A DNA stretch of 64,000 bases from an uncultured delta proteobacterium (lineage in GTDB: Bacteria > Myxococcota_A > Polyangia > Polyangiales > Polyangiaceae). Positions within the stretch are counted from its first letter, which is position 1; each line of letters starts with the position of its first letter. The stretch is from assembly GCA_963806225.1 (NCBI GenBank), contig CAWDXG010000004.1:2400001-2464000 (forward strand), read 5' to 3'. Of the stretch, positions 20,211-30,018 are shown in pieces. The notes under the pieces are model-generated. The model searched no databases and was not told where the DNA came from. It was given only the letters and a program-made list of their open reading frames with translations. A program made the position numbers and the translations under genes.

Positions 20211-20867
20211 ATGACGATGGAGTCGATCCGTGCATCAACGGTGATCCCTGCAAGCCCCGAACGTATCTTCGCGGCGTGGATGGACGGCAGGGAGCACTCG
20301 CTCATGACCGGGGGGAAAGCGACCATGGTTGCGCGGCCCGCTGGGCGGCACACGGCGTGGGACGGCTACATCGAAGGTCGCGTCGTGATGCTCTCGCGTG
20401 GGCGCCGGATCGTGATGGACTGGCGCACGACGGATTTCCCCACGGACGCGCCGTACTCCAGGCTCGAGATCCTGCTCGCGCCGACCACGGGTGGCACGCG
20501 CCTCACGATCATCCACGCCAATATCCCGGAGGGACAGGGCGAGCGCTACCGGACAGGCTGGGAAGAGCACTACTTCGCCCCGATGCAGAAGTACTTCGAG
20601 GGACAGGCGCCGCCCACCAGGAAGAAGGCGCCCGCAAAGAAGAAGGCACCCGCGAAGAAGGCGCCCGCGCCGGTCAAGAAGGCGGCACCCGCAAAGAAGG
20701 CACCCGCAAAGAAGGCGCCGGCGCCGGTCAAGAAGGCCGCACCCGCAAAGAAGGCACCCGCAAAGAAGGCACCCGCAAAGAAGGCACCCGCGAAGAAGGC
20801 ACCCGCAAAGAAGGCGCCCGCGAAGAAGGCACCCGCAAAGAAGAAGGCCGCGGGCCGCCGGAAATAG
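20211..20867 (+). CDS. SRPBCC/AHSA1-domain protein with PAKKA histone-like tail
   Basis: ASPERIFAAW..RIVMDWR..GTRLTIIH..GWEEHY, followed by about 14 APAKK units. Confidence 0.88.
   Translation: MTMESIRASTVIPASPERIFAAWMDGREHSLMTGGKATMVARPAGRHTAWDGYIEGRVVMLSRGRRIVMDWRTTDFPTDAPYSRLEILLAPTTGGTRLTIIHANIPEGQGERYRTGWEEHYFAPMQKYFEGQAPPTRKKAPAKKKAPAKKAPAPVKKAAPAKKAPAKKAPAPVKKAAPAKKAPAKKAPAKKAPAKKAPAKKAPAKKAPAKKKAAGRRK
20622..20848 (+). repeat. 15-bp coding tandem repeat (GCACCCGC[A/G]AAGAAG)
   Basis: Directly visible; encodes APAKK. Confidence 0.9.
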
Positions 20868-20909
20868 CCGCCGGCCCGCGCGCCGCGATCGCGTATCCTG
20901 GCAAGCGGG

Positions 20910-23183
20910 ATGGCGTCGAGAACATGGCTGGTCGTGGCAGCGGCAGCGCTGCTGTCGGCGTGCGGCTCGAACGGCGGAGGCGCGAAGCCGGGAGCAGGCA
21001 GCGACGCGGGCAGCGACGCCGCAGCTGACGCGGCCGGCGACGCCGCGGCGGAAACCGCGGGCGAGGCCGGCGACGCCGCGCCCGCCTGCGGCACGGCGGG
21101 AGGAACAATGCCCGCCGGCACCGAGCTCAGCTCGGACGACGGCACCGCGCACGGCAACATCCGCACGCAACAGTCGACCATCACCGTCGACGGCACCGAC
21201 TACAAGCTGGCCGAAGTGCCGCTGTGGGAAGCCGTGCGATTTTCGCTCGAACACCCGGCGAAGATCCTCGGCTTCCGCGTGATGTGGACCAACCTGGGGC
21301 AGGACGCCGCGCCGAGCGCCGAGCTCACCGCAGGCCTCTACGCCGACTTCGGCCACAACGGCTTCGACTTCTGGGCGCCCGATCCACTGTGGACCGGCAC
21401 GCGCTGCGCCGCCGACGTGAAGGAAGGACAGTGGACGGACTACGTGTTCGACCAGCCCGTCGTCGTCGACAGGCCCGGCCTGGTGTACGTGGCCGAGCAC
21501 TCCGCGTCACCGGGCGACCCGGTGTTTGCCTACGACAACACGACCCACGCCGACTGCACGCCCTTCGACGCCTGCCATTCCGCCTTCAACCTGCCCAAGG
21601 TGCCCGGCTACTACAACGGCGTCTCCTTCCCGTTCCAGCGCGATTTCCTGGTGCGGCTGATCGTCGAGTACACCGACGACCTGCAGCCCAAGGACACGTT
21701 CTTCCAGCAGGTGCCCGCCGGTACTGCGGGCAGCGGCAACCACATCTCGTGGGCCGACTACGACAACGACGGCTGGGACGACGCGCTCATCAGCGGCAAG
21801 CTCTTCCACAACGACCACGGCAGCTTCAGCGACGTGACCGCGAGCGCCGGGCTCGACGCGGCCGGCATCAAGCAGACGGGCGGCGTGTTCGGCGACTACG
21901 ACAACGACGGCTGCCTCGATCTCCTGCTCTTTTCCGAGGATCCGACCAGCGGCGATGCGCTCCTGCGCTCCAACTGCGACGGCAGCTTCAGCGACGTGAC
22001 CGCGGCGGCAGGCATCAGCGATCTGGAGAGCTACGAGGACTGCGGCGATCCGGCCAACACGCACGCGCCCACGGCCGCCGCCGCCTGGCTCGACATCGAC
22101 GGCGACGGCTACCTCGACCTCTACCTCGCCAATTTCATCTGCTGGGCGAAGAACACCTTCTACGTCGACACCGTCTTCCACAACAACGGCGATGGCAGCT
22201 TCAGCGAGTGGACCGGCACGCACGGCTTCTCCACCGACACCGCGCCGAGCCGCGGCGCCGCGCCGGTCGATGCCGACGGCGACGGCGACATCGACCTGTT
22301 CGTGAACGAGTACCGGCTCTGGCCCAACCGCTACTACCGGAACAACGGCGACGGCACAGTAACCGAGAACGCGCTCGCGAACGGCCTGGCGGGGCACAAG
22401 GACGGCGCCTTCCCCGGCTATTACGGCCACACCATTGGCGCGGCCTGGGGCGACCTCGACAACGACGGCGACTTCGATCTGGTCGCGGCCAATCTCGCCC
22501 ACCCGCGCTTCTTCGACTTTTCCGACAAGACCCAGATCCTGCTGAACGACGGGAAGGGCCAGTTCAAGGACATCGCCGGACCGTGGGACACACCGTTTAC
22601 GAGCGGCGCGGGCCTCAGCTACCAGGAAACGTACTCGGTACCCGCGCTCGCCGACTTCAACGAGGACGGCAACCTCGATCTGGTGATCACCGCCATCTAC
22701 GACGGGCGCCCCACCGACTTCTACTGGGGCAACGGCGACGGCACGTTCAGGCTCGACTCGTACCACGCCGGCATCACCATCAAGAACGGCTGGGGCATCG
22801 CCACCGCCGACTACGACAACGACGGCGACCCCGACGTCTTCGCCACCCACCTGTTCGAAAACCAGCTGTTCGCCTCGAAGAAGGGCCACTGGCTCGAAGT
22901 GCGCGTCGTCGGCAACGCCGGCTCGAACTGGGCCGCCATCGGGGCGACCGTCCGTGTGGATTCAGGCGGCAAGCTCTGGCTCCGCCAGGTCCAGGGCGGC
23001 ACGGGCAAGGGCGGGCAGGATTCGCTCACGTTGAACTTTGGTCTGGGCAGCGTGACCAGCGCCGACGACATCGTCGTTACGTTCCCCGGTGGAAAAGAGG
23101 TCACCTTCGCGGGGCCGATCGCCGTCGATCGGCGTTGGTGGCTTTCCGAAGACGCGACGAAGAAGAGCGGCTGGGTGCCGTAG
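20910..23183 (+). CDS. CRTAC1-family (FG-GAP repeats plus ASPIC/UnbV) lipoprotein
   Basis: LSAC lipobox; repeated DYDNDG.D / DIDGDG..DL; AIGATV...LNFGLG. Confidence 0.92.
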   Translation: MASRTWLVVAAAALLSACGSNGGGAKPGAGSDAGSDAAADAAGDAAAETAGEAGDAAPACGTAGGTMPAGTELSSDDGTAHGNIRTQQSTITVDGTDYKLAEVPLWEAVRFSLEHPAKILGFRVMWTNLGQDAAPSAELTAGLYADFGHNGFDFWAPDPLWTGTRCAADVKEGQWTDYVFDQPVVVDRPGLVYVAEHSASPGDPVFAYDNTTHADCTPFDACHSAFNLPKVPGYYNGVSFPFQRDFLVRLIVEYTDDLQPKDTFFQQVPAGTAGSGNHISWADYDNDGWDDALISGKLFHNDHGSFSDVTASAGLDAAGIKQTGGVFGDYDNDGCLDLLLFSEDPTSGDALLRSNCDGSFSDVTAAAGISDLESYEDCGDPANTHAPTAAAAWLDIDGDGYLDLYLANFICWAKNTFYVDTVFHNNGDGSFSEWTGTHGFSTDTAPSRGAAPVDADGDGDIDLFVNEYRLWPNRYYRNNGDGTVTENALANGLAGHKDGAFPGYYGHTIGAAWGDLDNDGDFDLVAANLAHPRFFDFSDKTQILLNDGKGQFKDIAGPWDTPFTSGAGLSYQETYSVPALADFNEDGNLDLVITAIYDGRPTDFYWGNGDGTFRLDSYHAGITIKNGWGIATADYDNDGDPDVFATHLFENQLFASKKGHWLEVRVVGNAGSNWAAIGATVRVDSGGKLWLRQVQGGTGKGGQDSLTLNFGLGSVTSADDIVVTFPGGKEVTFAGPIAVDRRWWLSEDATKKSGWVP

Positions 23184-23505
23184 GGGCAGCGGGAGATGAC
23201 CGCGCGCAACGCGGAAACTCCTTCACGCTGCTGACAGGTCACGGCGGGCGGGATATCCTGCGCGGCATGAGGCGCGTGCATCCGGGACGGGAGCGCGCAG
23301 GTGGGGATGGAGTGGGACTTTTCGAAGGGCGACAGCATCAAGCTGGAAGTGCCGAAGCGCAAGCAGGACGGCGCCGCCGTGGCGATCGATCTCTCGTACG
23401 CCACGCCGGACGTCTGGACGAGGAAAGCGATCAAGAAGAGCCCCGCGCTCGGCAAGGGGCTGTAGCCCGCGCGCGCGGGACGCTGACCGCAGCGAGGCGC
23501 GACAC

Positions 23506-23886
23506 ATGCCCCTCCCCGTCGTTCTGTTCTGCCGGTGGCTCGCGCGGCTTCTGTGGAAGCCCAAGCCCACGCGACAAGTTGCTGGTCTGCCAGCGTCCGT
23601 CGCTGGGCGCATCCGGCCTTCGCTCGAGGCCCTGGCGCCGGACACACCTGCAAACGTAGCGGAGGAGATCCGGCAGGAGGTCGAGGACGCCCTGCGTGAG
23701 TGCCTGCACGAGCGCGGCGTGGCCGCCGACGCCTATCGGCTCGTGATCGGGGCCGATCCGCTCATCACGGCGCGGATCGTGTGCGTGGCGGACAGCCGTT
23801 CATGGGCCATCGAGCACTTCGATGATTTCCTCGACTTCGGCCTGCACGACGAGGGTTCGGCGAGCGACGACAGCGACGCGCCGTAG
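23506..23886 (+). CDS. Hypothetical protein
   Basis: ORF with plausible codon usage; no motif recognised. Confidence 0.45.
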   Translation: MPLPVVLFCRWLARLLWKPKPTRQVAGLPASVAGRIRPSLEALAPDTPANVAEEIRQEVEDALRECLHERGVAADAYRLVIGADPLITARIVCVADSRSWAIEHFDDFLDFGLHDEGSASDDSDAP

Positions 23887-23899
23887 GCGTAGCATCTGG

Positions 23900-24438
23900 A
23901 CTACTATTCGATACCCACGTGGGTCGGCGCGGATCGGAAACGCGAATCGCCCTGTCCGACAGTCTGCACAGCGCTGCACGCAGTAGCGCCCGTCGTCCGC
24001 GCCCACGTGGGTCCGCACGCTGTCGAGCGCGCGGCGCGCTTCGCGCTCTGAGTAGCCAAGGCGGGTCAGAGCGCGGAAGGCGCGAGCTCTGCTGTCGGCG
24101 GCGGGGGGCGACGCGACTTCGCCGTAGCTGGAGCCGTCGGCGTGGCGGAAGCTGAAGCCGCGCGAGGCGCTGCCTTCGATGAGCAAGCGGCCGCGGTGCA
24201 CGGCGCGGTGGTGCGAAGCGCTGGAGCAGCTGCCCGCGCGCAGTCTCTCCAGCGTGGCGCGCGGGCTGTGGCCGAGCAGGCGCTCGGCGTATTCGACGAA
24301 GCTGCCGAAGCCGAGCCGCGCGTGCACCTGCTGTCGCCAGGCGACCAGCAGCCAGCGGCCTTCCTCGTGATCGAGCGCAGCGCGCGCCTTGGCGATGCGC
24401 GAAAGCTCCGCGTGCGCGCGCTTCCAGGTCGTTTCCAT
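23900..24438 (-). pseudogene. Internally deleted, frameshifted HNH-endonuclease/RuvA-C-like repeat-element gene
   Basis: N-terminal AHAEL..ARAALDHEEGRWL..VHARLGFGSFVEYAERLLG joined directly to an HNH tail HHRAVHRG; RuvA-C-like ALTRLGYSEREARRAL; terminal LLRAALCRL helix lies in another frame. Confidence 0.7.
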
Positions 24439-24965
24439 GGGTTCCCTCCGCGTGTTTGTGTACCACGGGGTTTCGAGGCGCCGTGTGCGGCGCGTTGGCG
24501 CGCGTTCGCGGATGCGATCGCGATTTTCGTCGTCCTGCGTGCGAAGCGCGCTGTGCGCGGCAAGCGGAAGGCGCTGCGCAGCGACACCAAGCGGAGCGGT
24601 GATCGCAACGCGCGTGTGGGTCGAGATCGTGTCAAATGGAAACGACGCGCGTGGGTCGATTTCCTGCCGCGCGGCGACGCGCGCATTCCTGCACTACCCA
24701 CGTGGGCACGCGCACGCGCCGCGCGTGGGCACGTGCACGCGCCGCGCACCGCGCGTCACTCCCGCCGCGCATCACGCCCTCGAAAAGCGCCGTCATCAGG
24801 GCGCGCCGAGCCGGCGGTGTCGCGCCGATACCAACGGGCCCCAGCGGCTGCCAGGACCCCCGGGACCCGATCCCACGCGCGACAAGGACGCGGCAACCGC
24901 GCGCCACGCCGTCCGGTGCTACCCTTGGCCCAGCTCGCGCACGCGGCGGGCCCACGGGGGGTGGG

Positions 24966-25730
24966 ATGGACGCGCAGGATATCTTCAGTTCCGGGAGCGT
25001 GCGCTCGCTGTTCGACGAGATGGCGGCGTCGTACGGGGTCGTGAACCTGCTGTCGTCGTTCGGGCTTTCCTGGTGGTGGCGGCGACAGGTGCTCCGGCGC
25101 GTGACGATCCACGACGGCGCGCGCGTGGCGGATCTGATGTCGGGCATGGGCGAGCTGTGGCCGGCGCTGTTGCGGCGCATCGGCCGCGGCCGGCTCGTCG
25201 CCATCGACATCTCTTCGAGCATGTCCCGACGCGCGCAACGCCGCTGGGCGCGGCGCAGCCGCGCGATCGAGTTCCACGTGACGGATGTGCTGCGCGCACC
25301 GCTGGAGCCGGGCTCGCTGGATGTGGTCGTGTCCTCGTTCGGGCTGAAGACCTTCAACGCCGCGCAGCTGGATCGGCTGGCGCAGCTGATCGCCCGCGCG
25401 CTCTGTCCCGGCGGGCAGTTCTCGCTGATCGAGATCTCGCTGCCGCCGAACCGCTGGCTGCGCGCGCTGTACCTGTTCCACCTGGACCGGGTGATCCCGC
25501 TGCTCGGCCGTCTGTTCCTCGGCAACCCGGCCAACTACCGCATGCTCGGCGTGTACACGCGCGAGTTCGAGAGCGCCCGCCTCGTCGAAGAGAAGCTGCG
25601 CGCCCGGGGGCTCGAGGTCAGCTACCAGAGCCACTTTTTCGGCTGCGCAACCAGCGTTGCGGGTCGGAAGCCCGCGCCGAAGGCGGGCGGCGCGCCGGCC
25701 CTGGGCCCCGCGCTCCCCCACAGCGGTTGA
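24966..25730 (+). CDS. Class I SAM-dependent methyltransferase (UbiE/MenG-like)
   Basis: VRSLFDEMA..Y..VN..SFG..WWRR, VADLMSGMG, AIDISSSM, DVVVSSFGL, LCPGG. Confidence 0.85.
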   Translation: MDAQDIFSSGSVRSLFDEMAASYGVVNLLSSFGLSWWWRRQVLRRVTIHDGARVADLMSGMGELWPALLRRIGRGRLVAIDISSSMSRRAQRRWARRSRAIEFHVTDVLRAPLEPGSLDVVVSSFGLKTFNAAQLDRLAQLIARALCPGGQFSLIEISLPPNRWLRALYLFHLDRVIPLLGRLFLGNPANYRMLGVYTREFESARLVEEKLRARGLEVSYQSHFFGCATSVAGRKPAPKAGGAPALGPALPHSG

Positions 25731-25836
25731 GCGAATTCGTGACCCTGCCCGGGAACCCCAGCCCCCCGGCGGGTGTCCTGACGGGTATCGAACGACATCG
25801 CCGCTGATTCACCATCCAGCGAGAGCGAGGAGAACC

Positions 25837-27984
25837 GTGACCCGACTTCGTCTATCGGTCGTGACCGCGACCGCCGTGTCCCTGTGCGCCCTGACTGCGG
25901 GCGCACAACCGAAAGCCGCGCACAAGAAGGCCGCCGCCAAGGCGCCGGCCGTGCTGCCGCTGCGTCGGGTGCGCCTGTACGAGAACGGCATCGGCTACTT
26001 CGAGCGCCGGGGCGTGCTCGCTTCAGGTGACGTGGGTCTGCCGGTGCCCGCCGGACATCTGGACGACGCGCTGAAATCGCTGGTCGTGCTGGGCAGCGGC
26101 AAGGGCACGAAGGTGTCGGGCGTGGAGTTCAAGAGCAGCGTGAGCCGCAGCATGGCGACGGCGCTGGCCGGTCTGCCGGGAAACGGGCCGCTCGGCTTCA
26201 AGGCGCTCCTGGGAACGCTGAAGGGCGCGTCGGTGCAGCTGGAGACGCACGGCAAGACAGTGCACGGGCGGCTGGTAGACGTACTGGAGCCGAAACAGAG
26301 CAGCCTGGCGCGCTGCGAAGCGCCAGCCGGCAGCAAGACGAAGGCGCCCTGCGTGATGGTCAAGCAGAGCACGGTGGTGCTGCTCACCGACAAGCGCGAG
26401 ATCCGCCGCTTCGCGCTCGGCGACGTGAGCGGCGTGCGGCCGACCGATCCGGCCTTCGCGTCGCGGCTCGAAGCGGCGCTGGGTGCGCTGTCGGACCACG
26501 GCGCGCAGACCCGGAAGACGCTGCACGTCTCGGCCAGCAGCCAGAGCCCGGTCACGCTCGGCTACATCGCCGAGGCGCCCATCTGGCGCTCGACCTACCG
26601 GGTGGTGCTCGAACAGAAGGGCCACGAGGGCGTGCTCCAGGGCTGGGCGCTGATCCACAACGACACCGACGAGGACTGGAAGCGCGTGGCCGTCGATCTT
26701 GTCAACGGCCGGCCCGACTCGTTCCTGTTCCCGCTAGCGGGCCCGCGCTATGCGCGGCGCAAGCTGGTGACACCGAAGCGCCAGCTGTCGAGCGTGCCGC
26801 AGCTGCTCGACAAGACAGTCGACAACATGTGGACCGGCGAGAGCGGCTCGGCGGAAGGCGCCATGGGCCTCGCCGGAACCGGCTCGGGCGGCGGCGGGTA
26901 CGGCGAGGGGATCGGTCTCGGCAGCATCGGAACCGTCGGCTACGGCGCCGGCCGGGGCGGTCCGGGCGCGAGCTCGCTCTTGTCGGTCGGCAACCTGGCC
27001 GGAATCGAGCAGGCCGACGGCGCCGAGAACGGCGCGCTGTTCCGCTATACCCTGCCCCACCCCATCGATCTGCACGCGCACAGCTCGGGACTGGTTCCGT
27101 TCATGCAGGGCACGGTGCCGGCCGAGCGCATCGCATGGTTCAGGAAGCCGGGGGCGACGGCGCGCAGCGCGCTCCGACTGGTGAACAAGACGCGCCAGAC
27201 GCTGCCGCCGGGCCCCGTCTCGGTGTTCGCCGACGGCGGGTTTGCCGGCGAGTCCGCAATCTCGCGCACCAAGCCGAGCGAAGTGCGTTTCATCCGCTTC
27301 GGGCTCGACCTGGACGTGGAGCTCGACGTCGCCCACCGGAAGGCGACAGACGAGCCGCGGCTGATGTCGTTCCAGAACGACCGCCTGGTGGAACACTTCG
27401 TGCGCCACAGCGTCGTCACGTACAGCATCGACAACCGCAGCCGGAGCGGGCGCGCCGTGTACCTCGGGCTCGACGTGGTGAACAACGCCCGCGTGCGCGG
27501 CGCGGACTCGCTCGATTTCGACCACGAGGGGGGCCGCGCGCTCGCGGTCTTCCATGTCGGCGCGCACAAGCAGATCGACAAGACGTTGAAGATCGACGAG
27601 GGCCTGAGCCGTGGCCACGCCTTCTCGACCCTGGAATCGCCGACGCTCGCGAAGTGGGCGAAGTCGCCGCTGCTGCCGAAAGCCCAGCGCACAGCACTGA
27701 AGAAGGCGTCGGACTATCTCGTGCAGGCCGAGGTGCGCCGCGGCGCCATCTCCGCTCGCAAGGCCGACCTGGGACGGGTCAAGCAGCGGATCGTCGAGCT
27801 CAGGGAGAACGTGAAGGCGCTGGGCGAGGCGCACGCATCGGGAACCGACCGCATGAGCCAGCGGCTGCTCGACGCACAGGACCAGGCCGACAAGCTCGAA
27901 AAGCGCGCCCGCGACCTGGAAACGGAAGCCCGCGAGAAGGACAACCTCGCCCGGGCCGCGCTCTCCGCGCTCCCGCACGGCTGA
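25837..27984 (+). CDS. Secreted DUF4139-family protein
   Basis: Signal peptide; VRLYENGIGYFER, LDDALKSL, YIAEAPIWRSTYR, LQGWALIHNDTDEDW; C-terminal coiled coil. Confidence 0.85.
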   Translation: MTRLRLSVVTATAVSLCALTAGAQPKAAHKKAAAKAPAVLPLRRVRLYENGIGYFERRGVLASGDVGLPVPAGHLDDALKSLVVLGSGKGTKVSGVEFKSSVSRSMATALAGLPGNGPLGFKALLGTLKGASVQLETHGKTVHGRLVDVLEPKQSSLARCEAPAGSKTKAPCVMVKQSTVVLLTDKREIRRFALGDVSGVRPTDPAFASRLEAALGALSDHGAQTRKTLHVSASSQSPVTLGYIAEAPIWRSTYRVVLEQKGHEGVLQGWALIHNDTDEDWKRVAVDLVNGRPDSFLFPLAGPRYARRKLVTPKRQLSSVPQLLDKTVDNMWTGESGSAEGAMGLAGTGSGGGGYGEGIGLGSIGTVGYGAGRGGPGASSLLSVGNLAGIEQADGAENGALFRYTLPHPIDLHAHSSGLVPFMQGTVPAERIAWFRKPGATARSALRLVNKTRQTLPPGPVSVFADGGFAGESAISRTKPSEVRFIRFGLDLDVELDVAHRKATDEPRLMSFQNDRLVEHFVRHSVVTYSIDNRSRSGRAVYLGLDVVNNARVRGADSLDFDHEGGRALAVFHVGAHKQIDKTLKIDEGLSRGHAFSTLESPTLAKWAKSPLLPKAQRTALKKASDYLVQAEVRRGAISARKADLGRVKQRIVELRENVKALGEAHASGTDRMSQRLLDAQDQADKLEKRARDLETEAREKDNLARAALSALPHG

Positions 27985-28022
27985 CGGGGTTGACGGCCAA
28001 AGCGACCGGGACAAGACTGCCG

Positions 28023-28051
28023 CCCTGCCGCGCCGGAACAGCGCGGCAGGG
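28023..28051. terminator. GC-rich hairpin after the DUF4139 gene (possible terminator)
   Basis: CCCTGCCGCGC-N7-GCGCGGCAGGG; no U-tract. Confidence 0.35.
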
Positions 28052-28065
28052 AGCCGCCTGACGAC

Positions 28066-28326
28066 ATGGGACTTCTACCGGCAGTCATCACTTTCGGCGT
28101 GTACAGCCTGGGCTGTCTTCTGGTCGTGCTCTACAAGATGGCCCGCGACGAGGACATGGCGACCGCCTTCCTGGGCCTGTCGGTCGTGTACGCCTTCGTG
28201 TGGGGCTGGCGGAACGCCGAGACGGAATACGTCGGGCGCGTGTCGCTCCGCGCGGTGATGAGCACGTGGAGCTGGTGCATGGGCGCCATGCTCTTCTACT
28301 GGCTCATCATGGCGCCGAAGGGCTGA
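28066..28326 (+). CDS. Small membrane protein
   Basis: 86 aa with three hydrophobic segments. Confidence 0.6.
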   Translation: MGLLPAVITFGVYSLGCLLVVLYKMARDEDMATAFLGLSVVYAFVWGWRNAETEYVGRVSLRAVMSTWSWCMGAMLFYWLIMAPKG

Positions 28327-28333
28327 GCCCGCC

Positions 28334-28864
28334 CTACTGGCACTTGCCGGCGTTGCACGTCGCCGATGCGGTGCAGCCACCGCCGGTCGCGGGAATGCAC
28401 ATGTCGCTCGGGTTCGGGGCGGACCAGTTCCTGACGCTGGTCCGGATCTCGGTGACTGCACCCAGATCGGCTTCGGTGCAGCCCCACAGGATGACATGGC
28501 AATCGACGTCCCGGAGCAGGAACGCGAACCCATACGGCTGCTGCTCCAGACCCTGTTCGGGGATGATCGGCTGATCGGGCTTGACGCTCTGGCGCTGCAT
28601 GGCCAGCGACAGATCCCCCGCGGAGAGCACGCTGTCGGGCGGACACTGCTTGTCGAACACCGCCGCCTCCAGCACGGCCGCCGAGGCAGCCAGATTGCAC
28701 GGATCCACGAGCGTCCACTTGCTCTGGCAGCCGGCGGGTTTGCGTGAGTCCTCCACGCACACGCCAAGCCCCCCATCGCCGGGCGACGGGCTCGCCTCCC
28801 TGCCGCCGCACGCGGCGAAAAGCGGAAGAGCCAACGCGAAGCAGACGATCCCGCGACGACGCAT
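28334..28864 (-). CDS. Cys-rich lipoprotein; host gene of the group II intron (current ATG is the intron's last 3 nt)
   Basis: MRRRGIVCFALALPLFAAC lipobox; multiple Cys; the original ATG appears to be at 30021-30019 beyond the intron. Confidence 0.8.
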   Translation of the reverse strand: MRRRGIVCFALALPLFAACGGREASPSPGDGGLGVCVEDSRKPAGCQSKWTLVDPCNLAASAAVLEAAVFDKQCPPDSVLSAGDLSLAMQRQSVKPDQPIIPEQGLEQQPYGFAFLLRDVDCHVILWGCTEADLGAVTEIRTSVRNWSAPNPSDMCIPATGGGCTASATCNAGKCQ

Positions 28865-30018
28865 TGGTAGATCCTTCTATCCTTTCTCCGCCGGAGCGAA
28901 GGGAAAGAGAGCAAGACCCCCTTTCAAACCGTGCGTGCGGATTTCCCGCACACGGCTTACCGGTGGTCTGTCGGCGTGCAGCATTACGCGGCCTCCTGAT
29001 TCCAGAAGGGCTGCTCCGGGTAGCGGACGGTGCCGCGCAGGCGGTAGAGGCCGAGGTTCTCGAAGTACTCGCGCGTCCAGCCTTCCGCCTCGCCAGCACG
29101 CAGGTGCCGCCCCTTGCGCTTGACGCGCAAGGCGCGGATCCGGCCCACGACGTTGCGGTCGAGCTGGTTGAAGCGCGTCGCGGCATTTCCCGTGCGGAAG
29201 TAGTTGCCCCAGCCCCGCAAGACGGGGTTCAGGTCGGCAATGACATCGCGGATATCCGCGTGGCACCGTGACCTCGGAGTCAGCTGCTTCACGCGCTGCC
29301 GGATACGCTGGATCGCGCGCCGGCTCGGCCCGCGCTGGAGGAAGTAGAGGCGCTGCCCCTTCTTTTCCAGCAGTCGACCGCTCAAGCGCTTGTGCATGTG
29401 GCAGCCGAGGAAGTCGAAACCCTGCTTGCCATCGTAGAGCTCGACCCGCCTCGTCTTTTCCGGGTGCAGCTCGAGACCGAGACGCTTCAAGATGACCTTG
29501 ATACGCGCTTCGGCCAGCTCGAAATCCTTCCTGGTGCGGCACACCACCACGAAGTCGTCCGCGTAGCGCACCAGCGTCCCGAGTGGGGCGCTGTGGCGTG
29601 TCCACATGACGTTGAGCACGTGCAGGTAGATATTCGACAGCAAGGGCGAGATGACCCCGCCCTGCGGTGTGCCCGCTGTCGTCTGCGAGACGACGCCGTC
29701 CTCCATCACGCCTGCTTCGACCCACTGCCTCAGCAGCTTGAGCACCCTCCGGTCCGAGATGCGCCGAGCGACCATCGAGGCTGCAGGCTTCACTTCATGT
29801 TGCGGCCCGCGTGCTTGCTCCCCTCCAGACGGCACAGGCCGTCTGGAGGGCTTTCGACGCCCCGCTCGGGCACGAAGGTCTCCCTCCGACACCTGGGGCC
29901 TGCTACCCGGCGCACCGACGCCTACCGGGGCGGGACTTGCACCCGCTGGAGAAGCGCAGCGAGCGGCAGGCGCACTTCCCCCCGAAGGGTTCCGAACGTC
30001 CGTCGCGTCACGACGCAC
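28862..30018 (-). mobile_element. Group II intron, internally deleted
   Basis: 5' GTGCG at 30018; domain I-like GGGTGCAAGTCCC; domain V AAGCCGTGTGCGGGAAATCCGCACGCACGGTTT (28958-28926); domain VI with bulged A ending CTACCAATG; RT/maturase fragment inside. Confidence 0.92.
28984..29775 (-). pseudogene. ltrA: Group II intron reverse transcriptase/maturase, N-terminally truncated, no endonuclease domain
   Basis: GTPQGGVISPLLSNIYL, VRYADDFV, LGLELHPEKT, FDFLG, LNPVLRGWGNYF; RT0-RT3 absent. Confidence 0.9.

Noticed and set aside
20622..20848. Short repeats as a CRISPR array
   Set aside because: Contiguous codon-phase repeats with no unique spacers; no cas genes
29821..29850. 13-bp hairpin as a terminator or transposon end
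   Set aside because: Lies inside intron domain I and is best read as ribozyme structure
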